DNA of 64,000 bases, taken from assembly GCF_041956535.1 (NCBI RefSeq), contig NW_027192229.1, forward strand, positions 26,830 through 90,829, in the 5' to 3' direction. The position numbers and the translations under genes were made by a program. The DNA is from Calcarisporiella thermophila CBS 279.70 (Eukaryota; Fungi; Calcarisporiellomycota). The notes below the pieces were generated by a model. It did not search any database. It saw only the letters and a list, made by a program, of their open reading frames with translations, and was not told the origin of the DNA. This document shows positions 51,376 through 63,978 of this stretch, piece by piece (the first letter of the stretch is position 1; the number at the start of each line of letters is the position of its first letter).

Positions 51376-54300
51376 ATGAAAAAAGATGCCAGGTACGAGT
51401 CGCCCGAGGAATCTTGCACCCTTGTTCCAAAAAAACGACCATGGCTCGATTTAGTGCTTAATCCATGCGAGTCGACTTTATCCAAATCTACAACAACTAA
51501 ATTAGAGAGCAATGATAAATCCCAGGGAGCGAAATCTCGTGAAGGGATGTCTATGGATGAGCAAATAAGCACTGTTGTGGAAATTTTGGCAGGGATATTG
51601 CGACTGACCAAAGAAGATGTTGAATACCGACTCCCTCAACTAGAAATGAGTATGCATCTATTTAATCTAGTGTGCCGCCGCATTTAATTTTAACTACTAT
51701 TTTTACAGATGATGTGCGCAATAATCCCTCTCCTATTCTTGCTGAAATCAATTCACTGCTCGATGGCTCAGATGCAAAATTAATTTCCTCCCTACATCAT
51801 CTACGCCAATGTCTGGCTGAGACTACCTCCCCCTCTTATAGCGCATATGCCCGAGCCATCAATTTCTATGCGCTAATGACCGCTTTTATCACAGTATGTC
51901 AATGCTTTTTTGAGGTCTTGGTCTGGGAGCTGTCAGCAAGCTCAGAGAACGATACCGCATTTATCATGGGTGATCGAAATCATGTATTAAGGAAATTCTT
52001 GACCGCATTTCATAACGAAGACAACTTCCTTGCAGAGACCGGTAGGCAAGGTGGCATGGATGCATTTTTGTGGCACTATCACCTTGTCACCTGCCCCAAC
52101 AGCCCACGTCAAAAACTGTCGGGCGGTTCAAATATGACGGATCGTCTAATTGCAGATTTGCAAGCAAAATCTATTCGTTTTGTGTCCCTAGATGCTATAG
52201 AATCCATTTACTCGACGTTTTACACCCAATATTTCCTAAATGCCGTCGCGACCCAACATCAAAAGGATCATGGCCAATTCTACACTCCACGCGGTGTGAT
52301 CAGGTTTATGTGGGATCGATGTCTGCATGATCGAGACGAGTCGACCTTACTGCAAAGAATCCTTGATGTTAAGGATTCTAATGATGGCAATAAGATGGAA
52401 GTAGACGGGTTTATCCCGCGGGTGCTAGATCCCTGTATGGGCACTGGAGGATTTCTTGCCGAATACATCAACCGTCTAACCACCGCTGCATCGCACCACC
52501 CCAAAATATGGAACTCTCCAACACATATTCAGACACTTATACGCGCTATCTGTGCGAATCTTTGGGGCATTGAAATAGACTCTTTTGCACTCCACTTCTG
52601 TCGCATAAATATAATGGCTCACCTTTTGCCGCTGTATTGGCGTAGTATACGACTCTCGGGATCTTGGCCCGATATTTATCAGTTGCCGCGTTTAAAATTG
52701 TTTTGTAACGACACAATGCGGTTGCATGTGGGGGAAGACGATGACAGGTGGGAAGCTCATGAGATGCATACCCTTAGGGAGATAATTCAATTCGACTTCG
52801 TGGTAACAAACCCGCCCTACATGATCCGGAAAACAGGGTATTTAGCAGCACCGGACAACAAGCTCTATGATGAGCGTGTATTAGGAGCACGGGGTACTCA
52901 AGCATATCTGTACTTTTTATGGTTTGCACTGCAACGATTAGTGCCTGAGACGGGTGTCGTGTGTCTTATCACAGGTAAACTTATTACACCGCGAAATAAC
53001 ATAGGTTGGAATGGTTCAATAACTCGCTTTGTTCTATTTAGCGAGCCAATGGTTGGGGCTGGAGTTTGCCGATAAGCTGAGGTATTTGGATGAAGATGCT
53101 CGGCTTTATATCGGCAATTTCTCACATCTTGAACCTTTTTTAGGCTATGGCTTTGGAACAACTGTTACCTTGAAGAATTCTATCAGTTCGAACCCTATCG
53201 AGTTTGGCGTAAAGTCCAAACCGATTCATTAATATTCAGAATACGCCGACGAGCAACCCCCCTCAATGTCCCAAGCTCTCCCATCCCCTATCCTGCTGCT
53301 CCGACGAACGGCAAAGAAAACGGAACACATGAATCACCTCGCGACATAATATTTCTTCGCCATGTCAATAAGCGCTCTACACTTGAAGAGACGCTTGACG
53401 CTTACGCTCGATTTGACCCACGGTGCCCATCCGCATCCAATGTAGACTTTCGAATCACGCCTGCTACAAACTTTGCCCCCCCCACCTCCAATGCTTCTTT
53501 CACATTCTTAATGCCCACAACCGCAGTAAGCGAGGAGCTTGCAACACTTGTGAGCCATCTGCCAGGTTTGTGTGACCCCAATGGTAAAGTAAGTGGGTGG
53601 AGTGACGAGCGCCCGTTAGAATGGCATCGCGGACCTAATACCAACCCCGTTTATGCGCTTGTTGTGAGAACAGCATGGGCTAAAGAAACCTTTGGAGAAG
53701 AATGCTGTAAACGGTGGATGAGACGTGTATTTTACTGGAATGGAAAAAACTCCGGAGTTGGAGAGGAGCCCTCCTCTCCTGCCGGGGGAAGTGGAAATGG
53801 AAATGGAACTAAAGCGGTAGTAATAAGCAATCCAGCCGTGGGAAGCGGGAAAAAAGAGGCCAAATTCTGGTATTGTAGAGATTCGCTCCGCCTCACAAAA
53901 AAAGAATCCTCTCCTGCTGAGAGCTATTTGCCTTTTATTGATCCGGTCCGTGGAGATTACTCACTTATTCTGGTGGATAAGGAGGGAGCGACTAGATTGA
54001 AGCAAGAGGTGGGAGAAGAGGGGCCGCTCTGGAAATATTTGCGTGAAGCCAGAGAGCAGCTACAGAGTGGCATGCGAGATAAGGAAGTGGCGTGGTGCCA
54101 ATTCAACAATTGCGGGTAAATCCAAAAACGAATAAGAGAAATAGAGCATTGAAATCATCTTTTTTTGGATACTATATAGAAGCGATATACCTGTAAAAAT
54201 CGTCCATCCCATCAACTACGGGTATTTTTCGAAATCACAGGTAGAAAATCAGAAGAACACATTCGCGTGACGGATGCTAATCATTGCTCTGTGTGTCTAG

Positions 54301-55131
54301 CCAAGACAACGCTTTTTCCTTGATGTAGATAGCGTTTGTGTCACAAATCAGTGTATCTATTTCACCGTCAAGCCTGGGCATCCGCCTGCCTCCTTCTTTC
54401 TAGCGCTACTCAACTCAACCTCGGTGCAATATTTTCTTACCGTGCACTGTCGGTATGATCAACAAGGACGTCTGCGATTATTTCGAGAATCAATGGCGCG
54501 TGTTCCATACGCGAAACCAAGAGGACAATTATGCATTGAAAGCATGGTCGATTTGGCAATTGGAGCCCGAGAAGTTAGGCACCTGCTGTTTTGGATAGCA
54601 ACCGGCGGAAGCGGAGATAGCGAGGGTGTCGGAAAAGGATTTCCAGTGGCAGAGAAGATAAGAAGGGGAATTTGGGAAATTTCAAAGAGTGAAAAAACCT
54701 GTCTCCTGGATTGGTGGTCCAAGAGGATCGAGTCAGCCAGGAGAGAAAAGGAGCCGAATGGTAACAGCAAGAATTCGGGGGCTAGAGGGTCTGGGAATGA
54801 GTCAGTTATACATCACGTCGAAACCTTGCTCTGGATCGGCGCCATCCTCCAGTATGCGGTTGACCAACACGCATATGCTCTCTATCATATTAACCCTGGG
54901 ATACAAGTTGCCCTTGAACAAGAACTTGGTTTGGAAGTATCAGAAAAAATCATTGAGCAGTATCCGCGATTCACTCCGCCCTCCCATACACAAGGCGAGA
55001 CAAATGTAATCGAAGAGACCAGAGTTCCCTCCTGGGGAGCAGAATTGATAAAAGAGATGCATAATGTATTGAAAGAGGCCACTCGCTTTTTTGCACGCTG
55101 TGGGTTTGAAGCCAACCTTCGCCACTCTTAG
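51376..55131 (+). CDS. Restriction-modification-type (gamma class, Eco57I/TaqI-like) N6-adenine DNA methyltransferase with target-recognition domain, ~1147 aa, 6 exons
   Basis: GQFYTPR (~52272), VLDPCMGTGGFL, WGIEID, FDFVVTNPPY (~52809), YLYF, TASQWLGLEFADKLR and a TaqI_C-like FFLD...FLALLNS. Introns 51650-51708, 52975-53041, 53082-53143, 54116-54179 and 54241-54300 give a 3444-nt frame. Confidence 0.85.
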
Positions 55132-55692
55132 CCATACTTTCTCTACCTCAGTCAACCTCCGCCGCAATGTATATGCCCTCACGCATCAGAATGTGAGTTT
55201 TCCATGGAGCTGACCGTATATTTGCACTGGAACGAACCTGTAATTTACCCTTACAGCTAATGTTATTAATGTGAGAGTCTATGACTAGATTACGCATAGA
55301 GCCTGTTTTAATCGAATAAGATGAAATAATTTTAACGTGTAAAGTGTGGGAATGACTTAATATCCAAACCATGAGTTTCGAAATACGATAGCAAATACAG
55401 AGCCTATCTCAATTGAAGAGCGCGATCTCCATTATCCAAGGATATGCGACCGAACCATGTGTTGTTTTATGCACCGCTGTGTATGTAAATGCTCTAGGGG
55501 TATTTGGCTATCCTCGAAATAACTGAGGGTTGAATACTTGGGGGATGTAGGGCTTCCTAACCGAATGGATGGAATTTTTTAGCTAAATTAAGTTGCATTA
55601 ACTATTTGGACTTTGATTTGCCCGCTCTTAAGCCTCGCCGTAATATTTTATGTCTAATAATCACATCCGCGATTGAATCCCTCCATCTCAAA

Positions 55693-58364
55693 ATGAGTTC
55701 CACGGCTCATCGCATCCCAGCTCCTAAAAATGTACGTCCCCAAACAAATCGTACTGCATCGACTCGTAGCACGACTGATCCAGCCGTGAAGGTAGCTTCG
55801 CCTGGTTCCGACAAATATACTTCCGCTAGGCAGCCAAAGACCATTGTTGCAGGATCACGAATTCCAACACCATCTATGCCCAGCAAACCACAGGTAGCAT
55901 CCACCCAAACTCCATCGAAGACTGCAAGTCGTCTCACTCCCCCCGTGCCCTCACCGGACATGAGGGAACATAAACCTCCCCCCAGGATTCCACATCCCGC
56001 CACCACCTCAAAACCAGTTTCCAGCTCGACATCAGGCGGCATGAATCGCCTAACCCCTACAGCTTCTGTCACCCCTCGTACACCCGCGCCGAAAACACCC
56101 ACCCGCACCCCCACCCGCACCCCCACACGATCACCTCGCACCCCGCTCACATCTTCCTCTACTCCAAAGGCAAAGGCCTCCCCATCAGTAAGAGAGGCAA
56201 TCGCGCAGGCGCGATTACGAATGTCCAAAAAAGCAATGGAAAATAACAGCACTGACGACGACGACGCCAAGATGAGCTTAGAAATGGAAATAAAGAGAGC
56301 CAAGGCTACCGGTAGGAAACCAGTTTCGTTGCTACATATTATCTAATATTAACTCTATTGTCTACCTATATTTCATATGTCTCCATGAAGGCCGCATCAA
56401 CCTTTCAAATCGCGGATTGACGGAAGTTCCAAAAGAGGTGTGGAACATGTACCGCGTTGACCCCAAATCCATAGTGATAGATCTGAGCAGAAGCGCCGCA
56501 GATGACCCATACGAGTCTCCCATTGCGGTCGACCTCACATCTCTTGTCCTTGGAGATAATAATCTAACCTGTATTGACTCGCGTATTGCCGAATTCGCTG
56601 CATTGACCAATGTCGACCTTCGAAACAATGAGCTCACCGAACTCCCACATGACTTTGGGGGGCTCCGTAGATTGAAAATTCTAAATTTGTCAGGGAATAG
56701 ATTGATGGCCGTCCCGCAAGTCATCTTTCAACTTGCAGAGCTGGTGGAATTAAATTTGGCAAAAAACCAGCTGAGCGGTAGGCTGGCGCCCGAGATAGGT
56801 AGACTTGCGAATCTGAGAATGCTGGATGTATCGGATAACATGCTTGATATGTTACCTGCAAAGGAGCTTGAGTGTTTGGTGGAATTGAGAATACTGAACA
56901 TCTCAAAAAATCGACTGCCTTTTCTACCTGCGCATGCGCTGTTGAAGATGGTGAGACTGGAAGAATTGGAGGCAGGCGAAAATGCTCTTACAACGGCCTT
57001 CGCCGGTCTGAGAGATATCCTTAGTGGTGGTGAGGACGGGGAAAGCACAAACAGCTCCGACGCACGGTACCATTCGGCTTTTGTGATGCCTGCGTTGACC
57101 CGCCTCAATTTGCGCAAAAATGCTCTAGTTTGCTTCGATGACCATCCCACCGAACACATCCGAATGCCCAGCCTTCGTGAGCTATTTCTCACACACAACC
57201 ACCTCGCTGACTTGGGCAAGCTTTTCCTCCACGCACCACTACTTCAAGTTTTGGATATAGGTTACAATAAGTTCACAGAGGTACCCGCCCATCTCACTCA
57301 ATGCACAAAGCTGCAGCGCCTAGACTTAAGCTACAACACAATATCTGAACTACCAACAGAATTTGGCCGCTTGGAGGGGTTAAAAGTGCTAGCAGTTGAC
57401 GGAAATATTATTCGTGGTGCCCCCCGTACCGGGAAAACTGAGGACATATTGAAGTGGCTGCAGAAACGTCTGACACTCTCTCAACCGCACTCCGAGGTAC
57501 ACAATGAGCGAGAAGACGCGCCGCCAAGAACAGACAAAGCTTCCGTGCAGACCAAGGATCGGGCTACTCCCACTTCGGATTCAGCGCCAACAAGGACCGA
57601 CGCAGAATCATCCTCGGAAATCTGGAGTACTCAGCCCCATACCGCTCTACAGACTAGAATTCTCCATCTCGAGAAAAGGGGGCTTACCGACTTGACCCCC
57701 CAAGATTTGGCCGGCCCCACGTTTTCACCTCACACAATCGAGCTTAGCCATAACAAACTAGCATCCATTCCGCATGCACTAGCTGGAGACGCGTTTGCTA
57801 ACTTAAAATCACTGAGCCTCCATCACAACCGGCTGGAAACGTTCAAAGTTTTAATGGTTGGTGTGCAATTTACACATTTAGAGGCTCTTGACCTTTCGCA
57901 CAACCTAGTTAGTATATAACCTGTGTTGACAATGTGGACGTTCACTAAAGCTCCTTACTTCTTGTTTTTCTGCTAAGATCACAGATATCTTTACCCCGTC
58001 GGAGGAAGATCGGGGTGACAAGTCAAGTTTCCCCGCCCTTCACCAACTCGTTCTCGCCTTCAACCGCCTAACCAGCCTTCCCCCCTCCCTCACGCATTAT
58101 TTTCCTCGCCTGCACTCCCTGGTAGTTTCAAACAATCTCATTGAACGAATCGAACCCTCCTCCTTTACAGGCCTGCAGCTTTTAGATTTGTCAAACAACA
58201 GCATTGGGCATCTCCCGCCCGAACTGGGGCTTGTGACTAGCATCAAAACTATGATGGTGGAGGGGAACATGTTTAGGGTCCCGAGGCGGCAGGTGTGGGA
58301 AAGAGGCACCGATACTTTGATGGAATGGCTGAGGAATCAAATGCCGCTTGAAGATGGAGCCTAG
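55693..58364 (+). CDS. Leucine-rich repeat protein (LRRC40-like) with a Pro/Thr/Ser-rich N-terminus, 3 exons
   Basis: Many LxxLxLxxNxL repeats; C-terminal VEGNMFRVPRRQVWERGT..LMEWLR cap. Confidence 0.88.
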
Positions 58365-58630
58365 CGCATCACACACCTATTAATATTGTAGTATCCCCCG
58401 CTTTATATGCTGCTGCATTGTGCTTTTCTTTTTATACACTAATAAGTTTATCTAAACTGGTCGTACACTTGTTTGGAACCATGGTTGCAATGTTGAAATT
58501 TCATTAAAATAAAATGAAAAATTAAAAAAAAAAAAGAAAAAGACAAATAATCTGTAACAACGTTTTATAAAGAGAAAAGTATAACAAGGGGAAATATCAT
58601 ACATCTTTATCGTCCTCCTCATCGGTGCTC

Positions 58631-60317
58631 CTAATCTTCCTCTTCTTCATCCTCGTCCTCATCCTCCTCTTCGTCCGCGGAGTCCTCCTGTGTCCGGGAG
58701 AAGTACCGAGCAAAATCGTATGCGTCATCTTCATCGCTCTCCATATCATCCACTGTGGTTTCTGCCTGTTTCTGTTTCTTGTTTCGAGGCTTTGATTTTG
58801 AGCTGGAAGAAGCGGTCTGAATTGGGACAGCGTCTGGGATCTCCTCGTCCTCATCCTCGTCCTCCTCTTGGAGCTCATCCTCCTCCATCGCATCGTCTTC
58901 GCTTTCCTGCTCTCTATCCTTGGGATCACGGAGCTCAAAGTCGAATTCTTTAGCGCTCTACGTATTCGAAGGTAGAAATATCAATTGATCATTTCACCTA
59001 AAATCAAAGTGGGACCCACTTACCATAGCCAAACACTCGCCGAACTCTTTCTTCCCTAAAAGATTTGATAACACCTCCTCTTCAGCTTGTCTTATTTCGT
59101 CCGAGACTTTCTCGGATTTTTTCCCGGGCTTGGGGGGTGTTGTGTAATACTTCACACTCTTGCTCCATTCTTTTAATATGCTCCGTGCTGCGATTTGGAT
59201 ATCTTGCGAGGGTTGGAGGTGGGCCAAAAGTTCGGGGGTTGAGGAGAAAGTGGGGGCGTTGAAAGCCAGTTGGAGAGCTTCTTTGCTGCAGCGAGAGAAG
59301 AGGGAATCGACTATGATGGAGAGGAAAGAATGGTTAATCAAACATGCGAGCTGCTAATATAGTGCCCAAGAGTAAAGAGATTTACCCAGTGAAACCGCGT
59401 CCTCCACATGCTTGACTTGTCCCCCCCTCAAAATCTCTGCTTCTCCTATGGCACGCACGCTGACCCCCCGTCCTTCGACGACTTCCATTCCCACAGCTTC
59501 CAATTCACGCACCACTGCGGATTTTCCAACATGAACAAGCCCCACCACCCCGACGCACCTCGACCCTCGCAAAGCTACCGCAGTGGTCTCTACTAGGTGG
59601 GTTGGATAAAGGGTGCGAAGATAATTCAGCCAAGACTTGACCACTTCCCGAGGAACAAACTCGATTTTGTTAAGGGCGAAAACGAGCTTCTTTCCCTTCT
59701 CAGTCACCAACCGCTCCACCGCCTTCACACGGGTGCCGAGTGGATCACGTGCATCCAGCACCTCAACCACCACATCCACCTCCTCCCTCTCCAGTAGCTC
59801 TCGCCATTCGATTGTACGCTTCACCCTGGCTCCTTTTCCAGCTGAAGCCGCGGCTACTGCCTTGTCCAATTTCTTCTGCTTCTTCTTTTGCTTTTTCTTC
59901 TCCTGCTGGGCAAATTGACGCTGACGCTCCTCACGCAGGAGCTTCTCGTTGGCCGAGTCCCGTTTGGCTGCTTCTATTTGGGCCAAGAGCTGCTCTTTGT
60001 AGGGATAATTTGCAGGAATTCCAGGATCCTTCTTTTGCTCTGAATTGAAGCAAACAGATGGATTAGTTCATATTATATTCTTTTTACATCATTGACTAAA
60101 GGGAATGAATGAAAAGAGCAGCAACTCACTGTGCTTATGAGGATTCTTTTTGGCTTCTTTGCGTAGCTTGCGATGATGCTCGGCTACTCGCTTTAAGATC
60201 TTGTAGCGCTTGGAAGCGCTCATCCGCTTACTTTTTCCCTCTATTCTCGAGAAAACAAACCATTAGCAGCATTCTCTTTGTGGTTCTACATCGCCAGTGC
60301 TTACTTTTTGGTACCAT
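58631..60317 (-). CDS. NUG1: NUG1/GNL3 (nucleostemin)-like protein with a degenerate GTPase domain and acidic tail
   Basis: MVPKK N-terminus, KKDPGIPANYPYK (GN3L_Grn1 domain), EVLDARDPLGTR, LNKIE, GVVGLVHVGKS, AARSILKEW..YYTTPP and a D/E-rich tail ending YDFARYF. Confidence 0.8.
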
Positions 60318-60493
60318 AGTTCTTACGATTCAGTCTACGATAAAGGGGAAAGAGGAGGTTGAATCAATGACCAAATTAATATTTGGTAGTAAACAAAGAT
60401 CAAGCAGTCACCGATTCAGCACAGTCACTTTGCCTCCTCTATTAAGGATTCATGATTGAATAGGAACGGTTAGAGTTAATAGAGCCATTGTGA

Positions 60494-61855
60494 ATGTCCA
60501 TATCACGAGCGCCTCTCAATCTAAGAACCCATTTTCACTATGACAGAACCATTAACTGGTTCCCTGGTCATATGGCACGAGGCCTACGCCAGATCGGGGA
60601 ACAGCTTCACTCGGTTGATCTGCTTGTCGAAGCAAGAGATGCTAGGATATCCTTTTTGCCATAAAATGGGTTGAGAAATGAATTTGGTTTTTTATGGAGA
60701 TTAGAAATCATTCTAATTTTCAAACTTTTGGATCCTTAACTCCCCCTGCCCTGTTTACATCCCATTATCAAGCGTCAATCACAATTTTGAAAAGCTCGTC
60801 CAAGGGAAGGATCGTCTCATAGTATACAATAAGGCAGATCTCGCAGATCCCACTTATGAACCTGTAAATATTGCTTCACCGTTGGGCTTTGTTTCGGCTA
60901 TACCCATTTATTGGCATTATTAACGAAGATTGCGATTTGACCTAACTAGATAGTAAAGCAGGCATTTGCAAAATATCTCGGGCAGAAAGTGCTCTTCACG
61001 AACGCAGATGCAAGTGTCAACGTGCGAAAGATTATCGAGCATGCAGCGAGTGCGTTCTCCATTGAAGCTTATAACAATTTTAGTCGCTTATCTCGCTCAA
61101 CCGATGTTCTTTTTTTTTTAACAGATAAGGCGAGAAATGATCCACTTCGATTCCCCTATGTCACCGTCATGGTGGTTGGCCTCCCCAATGTCGGTAAATC
61201 CTCGCTCATTAATGCAATGCGTCGCCTTGGCGTCGGCCGTGGAAAGGCTGCCCCGACTTCCCCACTTCCGGGATATACACGGTCGGTGACTGGCAGGGTC
61301 AAGGTCTTCGAGGATCCAAGAGTCTACCTGGTGGATACCCCGGGCGTGATGATGCCATACGTGGAAGACCCAATGGTGGGGCTGAAAATGGCTGTGACGG
61401 GAGGAATAGGCGAGCGGGCGACAGACGAGTCACTCCTCGCAGACTATTTGTTGTGGAGGTTGAATCAATTCGAAAACTACAGGTATTAGGGCTAGTTGTG
61501 AATGGCTCGTGCAGCTCCAGCTCATCCCTATCTTGCTCTGTGCCATAGTTATATCGACAAGTTGAATTTACCCATCGATCCAACCGATAATCTTGAGGAG
61601 TTTCTTCCTGCTCTTGCCAAGCGGATTGGTGCCATCCGTCGCGGGGGAGAACTCGATCTTTCGGCGGCGGCGCGGTTTTTCCTCCAACAATATCGAGCGG
61701 GCAAATTGGGCCGCCACACATTGGATGACATCCATCCGGCTTGGTTCTCAAGTGCGAAAGTGGGCGTAAGTAGGCGACAAGCAAAGAAGCAGGCGAAGCT
61801 AGAAGAACGAGCGAAGAAGAGAAAAGAAACCCCACTCACTGTACATAAACTCTAG
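60494..61855 (+). CDS. MTG1: Mitochondrial ribosome-assembly GTPase (YlqF/RbgA family)
   Basis: [14 protein letters not shown]|[43 protein letters not shown]. Confidence 0.92.
60647..60758 (+). other. U12-type (minor spliceosome) AT-AC intron in MTG1
   Basis: 5' site ATATCCTTT at 60647, branch point TCCTTAAC at 60733-60740, terminal AC at 60757-60758; removal restores RDAR-IPLSS. Confidence 0.92.
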
Positions 61856-63364
61856 TGTATATTTAATAAAACATCACGGGGTTTTTTTTTCGCTCTCTTC
61901 ATTTCCTCTTTAAGGCTCCTTGGCTAAAGCCCAATACCACACCCGGCTCATGCTCTGGTTTATTTCGCGCTTCAAGTCAATGCGCACCTTAAGCAGAAAT
62001 CTATGCGCCACCCTTAAACTTATACATGGATATCGATGTTTTATTTGGAGTCTTCATTCTTTGGACCGACTTCTCACAACTCCCTTTCACCAAGTTCTTA
62101 GATTCCAAAGAGTGCTGAATATGAGAAATGACGGTCATCCCGGGCCAAAAATTTAAACACTGGGAGAAGCTGGTAGCATCATTATGTAAGGTCCAGGCTT
62201 ATTCCAAGAGTTCATTAAGATCCCAGCCTTAATTTTAAACTAAATCGATGTTTCTTTCAAGGAAGGTTTAGGGCATTGCTTAGGAGAGTTTAAACTAAAA
62301 GAATGCCTTGGCCTATCAACTGCACATGTTATTTTTCAGTAAGATCGCCTAGCTTCATCTATCTTGCTAGATAACTGATTCGTGTAACATCACTGAAATC
62401 ACTAGAAAATGAGATGATTCCCATATGCGATCATATGGCACATGAATAGAAATGGAAATTCTACAATTGACTTAAAACTTCATATATATCCTCACACAGT
62501 TGTCAAAATGTTGGATATCAACAGTTGATAATGGAGATATGCAGCCTGCCCTAGGTGCTCTAAAACTCAGGGGCTGCGAAATCAGCAGTTCGAAGCAGTT
62601 CGAAAACGAGCTTTGGCCAGGAGATAACCATTTTCCTGTGAAACCCTTCCTCTCCTCACTCTAAAGCAAGAGTATAAAGCTAAAAGCCTCGGAGGCGCCG
62701 TGAAGACTTTCCCAACCGTCGTGCTTTTTGCCTGCTCTAGCCATAAACATGTTTTATTCTTCTGAATTGTTTCCCCTTCATTCTTTCCCATGCCTTATAT
62801 GAAATATTTTTAGCCAGGCATGAGCGTATAAACTGATGGAATCTGACTCGATCTGAGCAGTAATATAATCCTGAGTGGAGAATACGGTTTCAACGCCTCT
62901 ATGGCTGAAAAACCTCGATCTAATATTGTTCAGGGGGTTTGAACATGCTTAACGCTGGCTTGCTAAAGTTTCATCAACCCTAGAATGGGAAAGTGTTGAC
63001 TCCTGCACAGATTGCTTTTCTTTGGACCCATCGCTTGACCTGAAGATATCTCGAAACAATCTCTGTGAAAGTTGAGAAAAGCAGGCGCTATGGTGTATGC
63101 TTGTTGTAGATGATGGCTATTCGTAAATGGAAAATATTATATGAATTATCTTCACGATGCATTTTAGTTTGCTGTAAGCCATGCATCCATCTCAATTACA
63201 CTTGGAAAATCCCTTCTTCCTCTCTCCGGGACTAAGATTTAAATTCAAAGTGCGTCTTGAATCAGGTTAGGTTATAGAGTGGCTTGGGGCATTTCAAATT
63301 TGTTTGTCCTCGAAAAAGTTCAAAGGTGCTCCAGCGATCTAAAGCGGTTTCCAAAGGATTCATC

Positions 63365-63978
63365 ATGTTTTGCGCAAGTATGTGACTCGATCGCTTTACT
63401 GTTCCTTTGAAAAGGGTGGCACGATCCATTTGACTGACCCCATTACTTTATTGTTTTTTTTATTGCTACTTTAGTCTCAGGAGAGGCACCAGAGCACCCA
63501 GTCATCTCCAAAAAATCGGGTCAGATTTTCGAGCGAAGATTGATCCTCAAGTACATTGCAGAGAACGGACAAGATCCCATTACCCATGAGGAGCTCACGG
63601 AAGAGGATCTGGTGGACGTCAAGACGTGTAAGAGATCACCCCCTCCCTCATTTTCCCGCACCTTCGCGATGGATTGTTTTTAGATAACTAACGGTCGATT
63701 CTCTTCATCTTTTCTTTGCCATGGTAGCGCAAAAGGGTGCCCAGCCTCGCCCTCCTAACCTGACCTCGGTTCCTGCCCTTCTCTCCACTTTTCACGACGA
63801 GTGGGATAAACTAATGCTGGAAACCTTCAAGCTTAAGCAGGAACATGCGCAACTTCGCCAGGAGCTGAGCCAGGCTCTCTATCAGTACGATGCCGCAACA
63901 CGTGTCATTGCGCGATTGATGAAGGAACGTGATGAAGCACGAGAGGCTCTTGCGAATTTGCAAGCCAACTCGTCCTAA
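63365..63978 (+). CDS. PRP19: Prp19 N-terminal part (U-box + coiled coil)
   Basis: MFCA|[24 protein letters not shown]...[44 protein letters not shown]; stop at 63976-63978. Confidence 0.88.
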
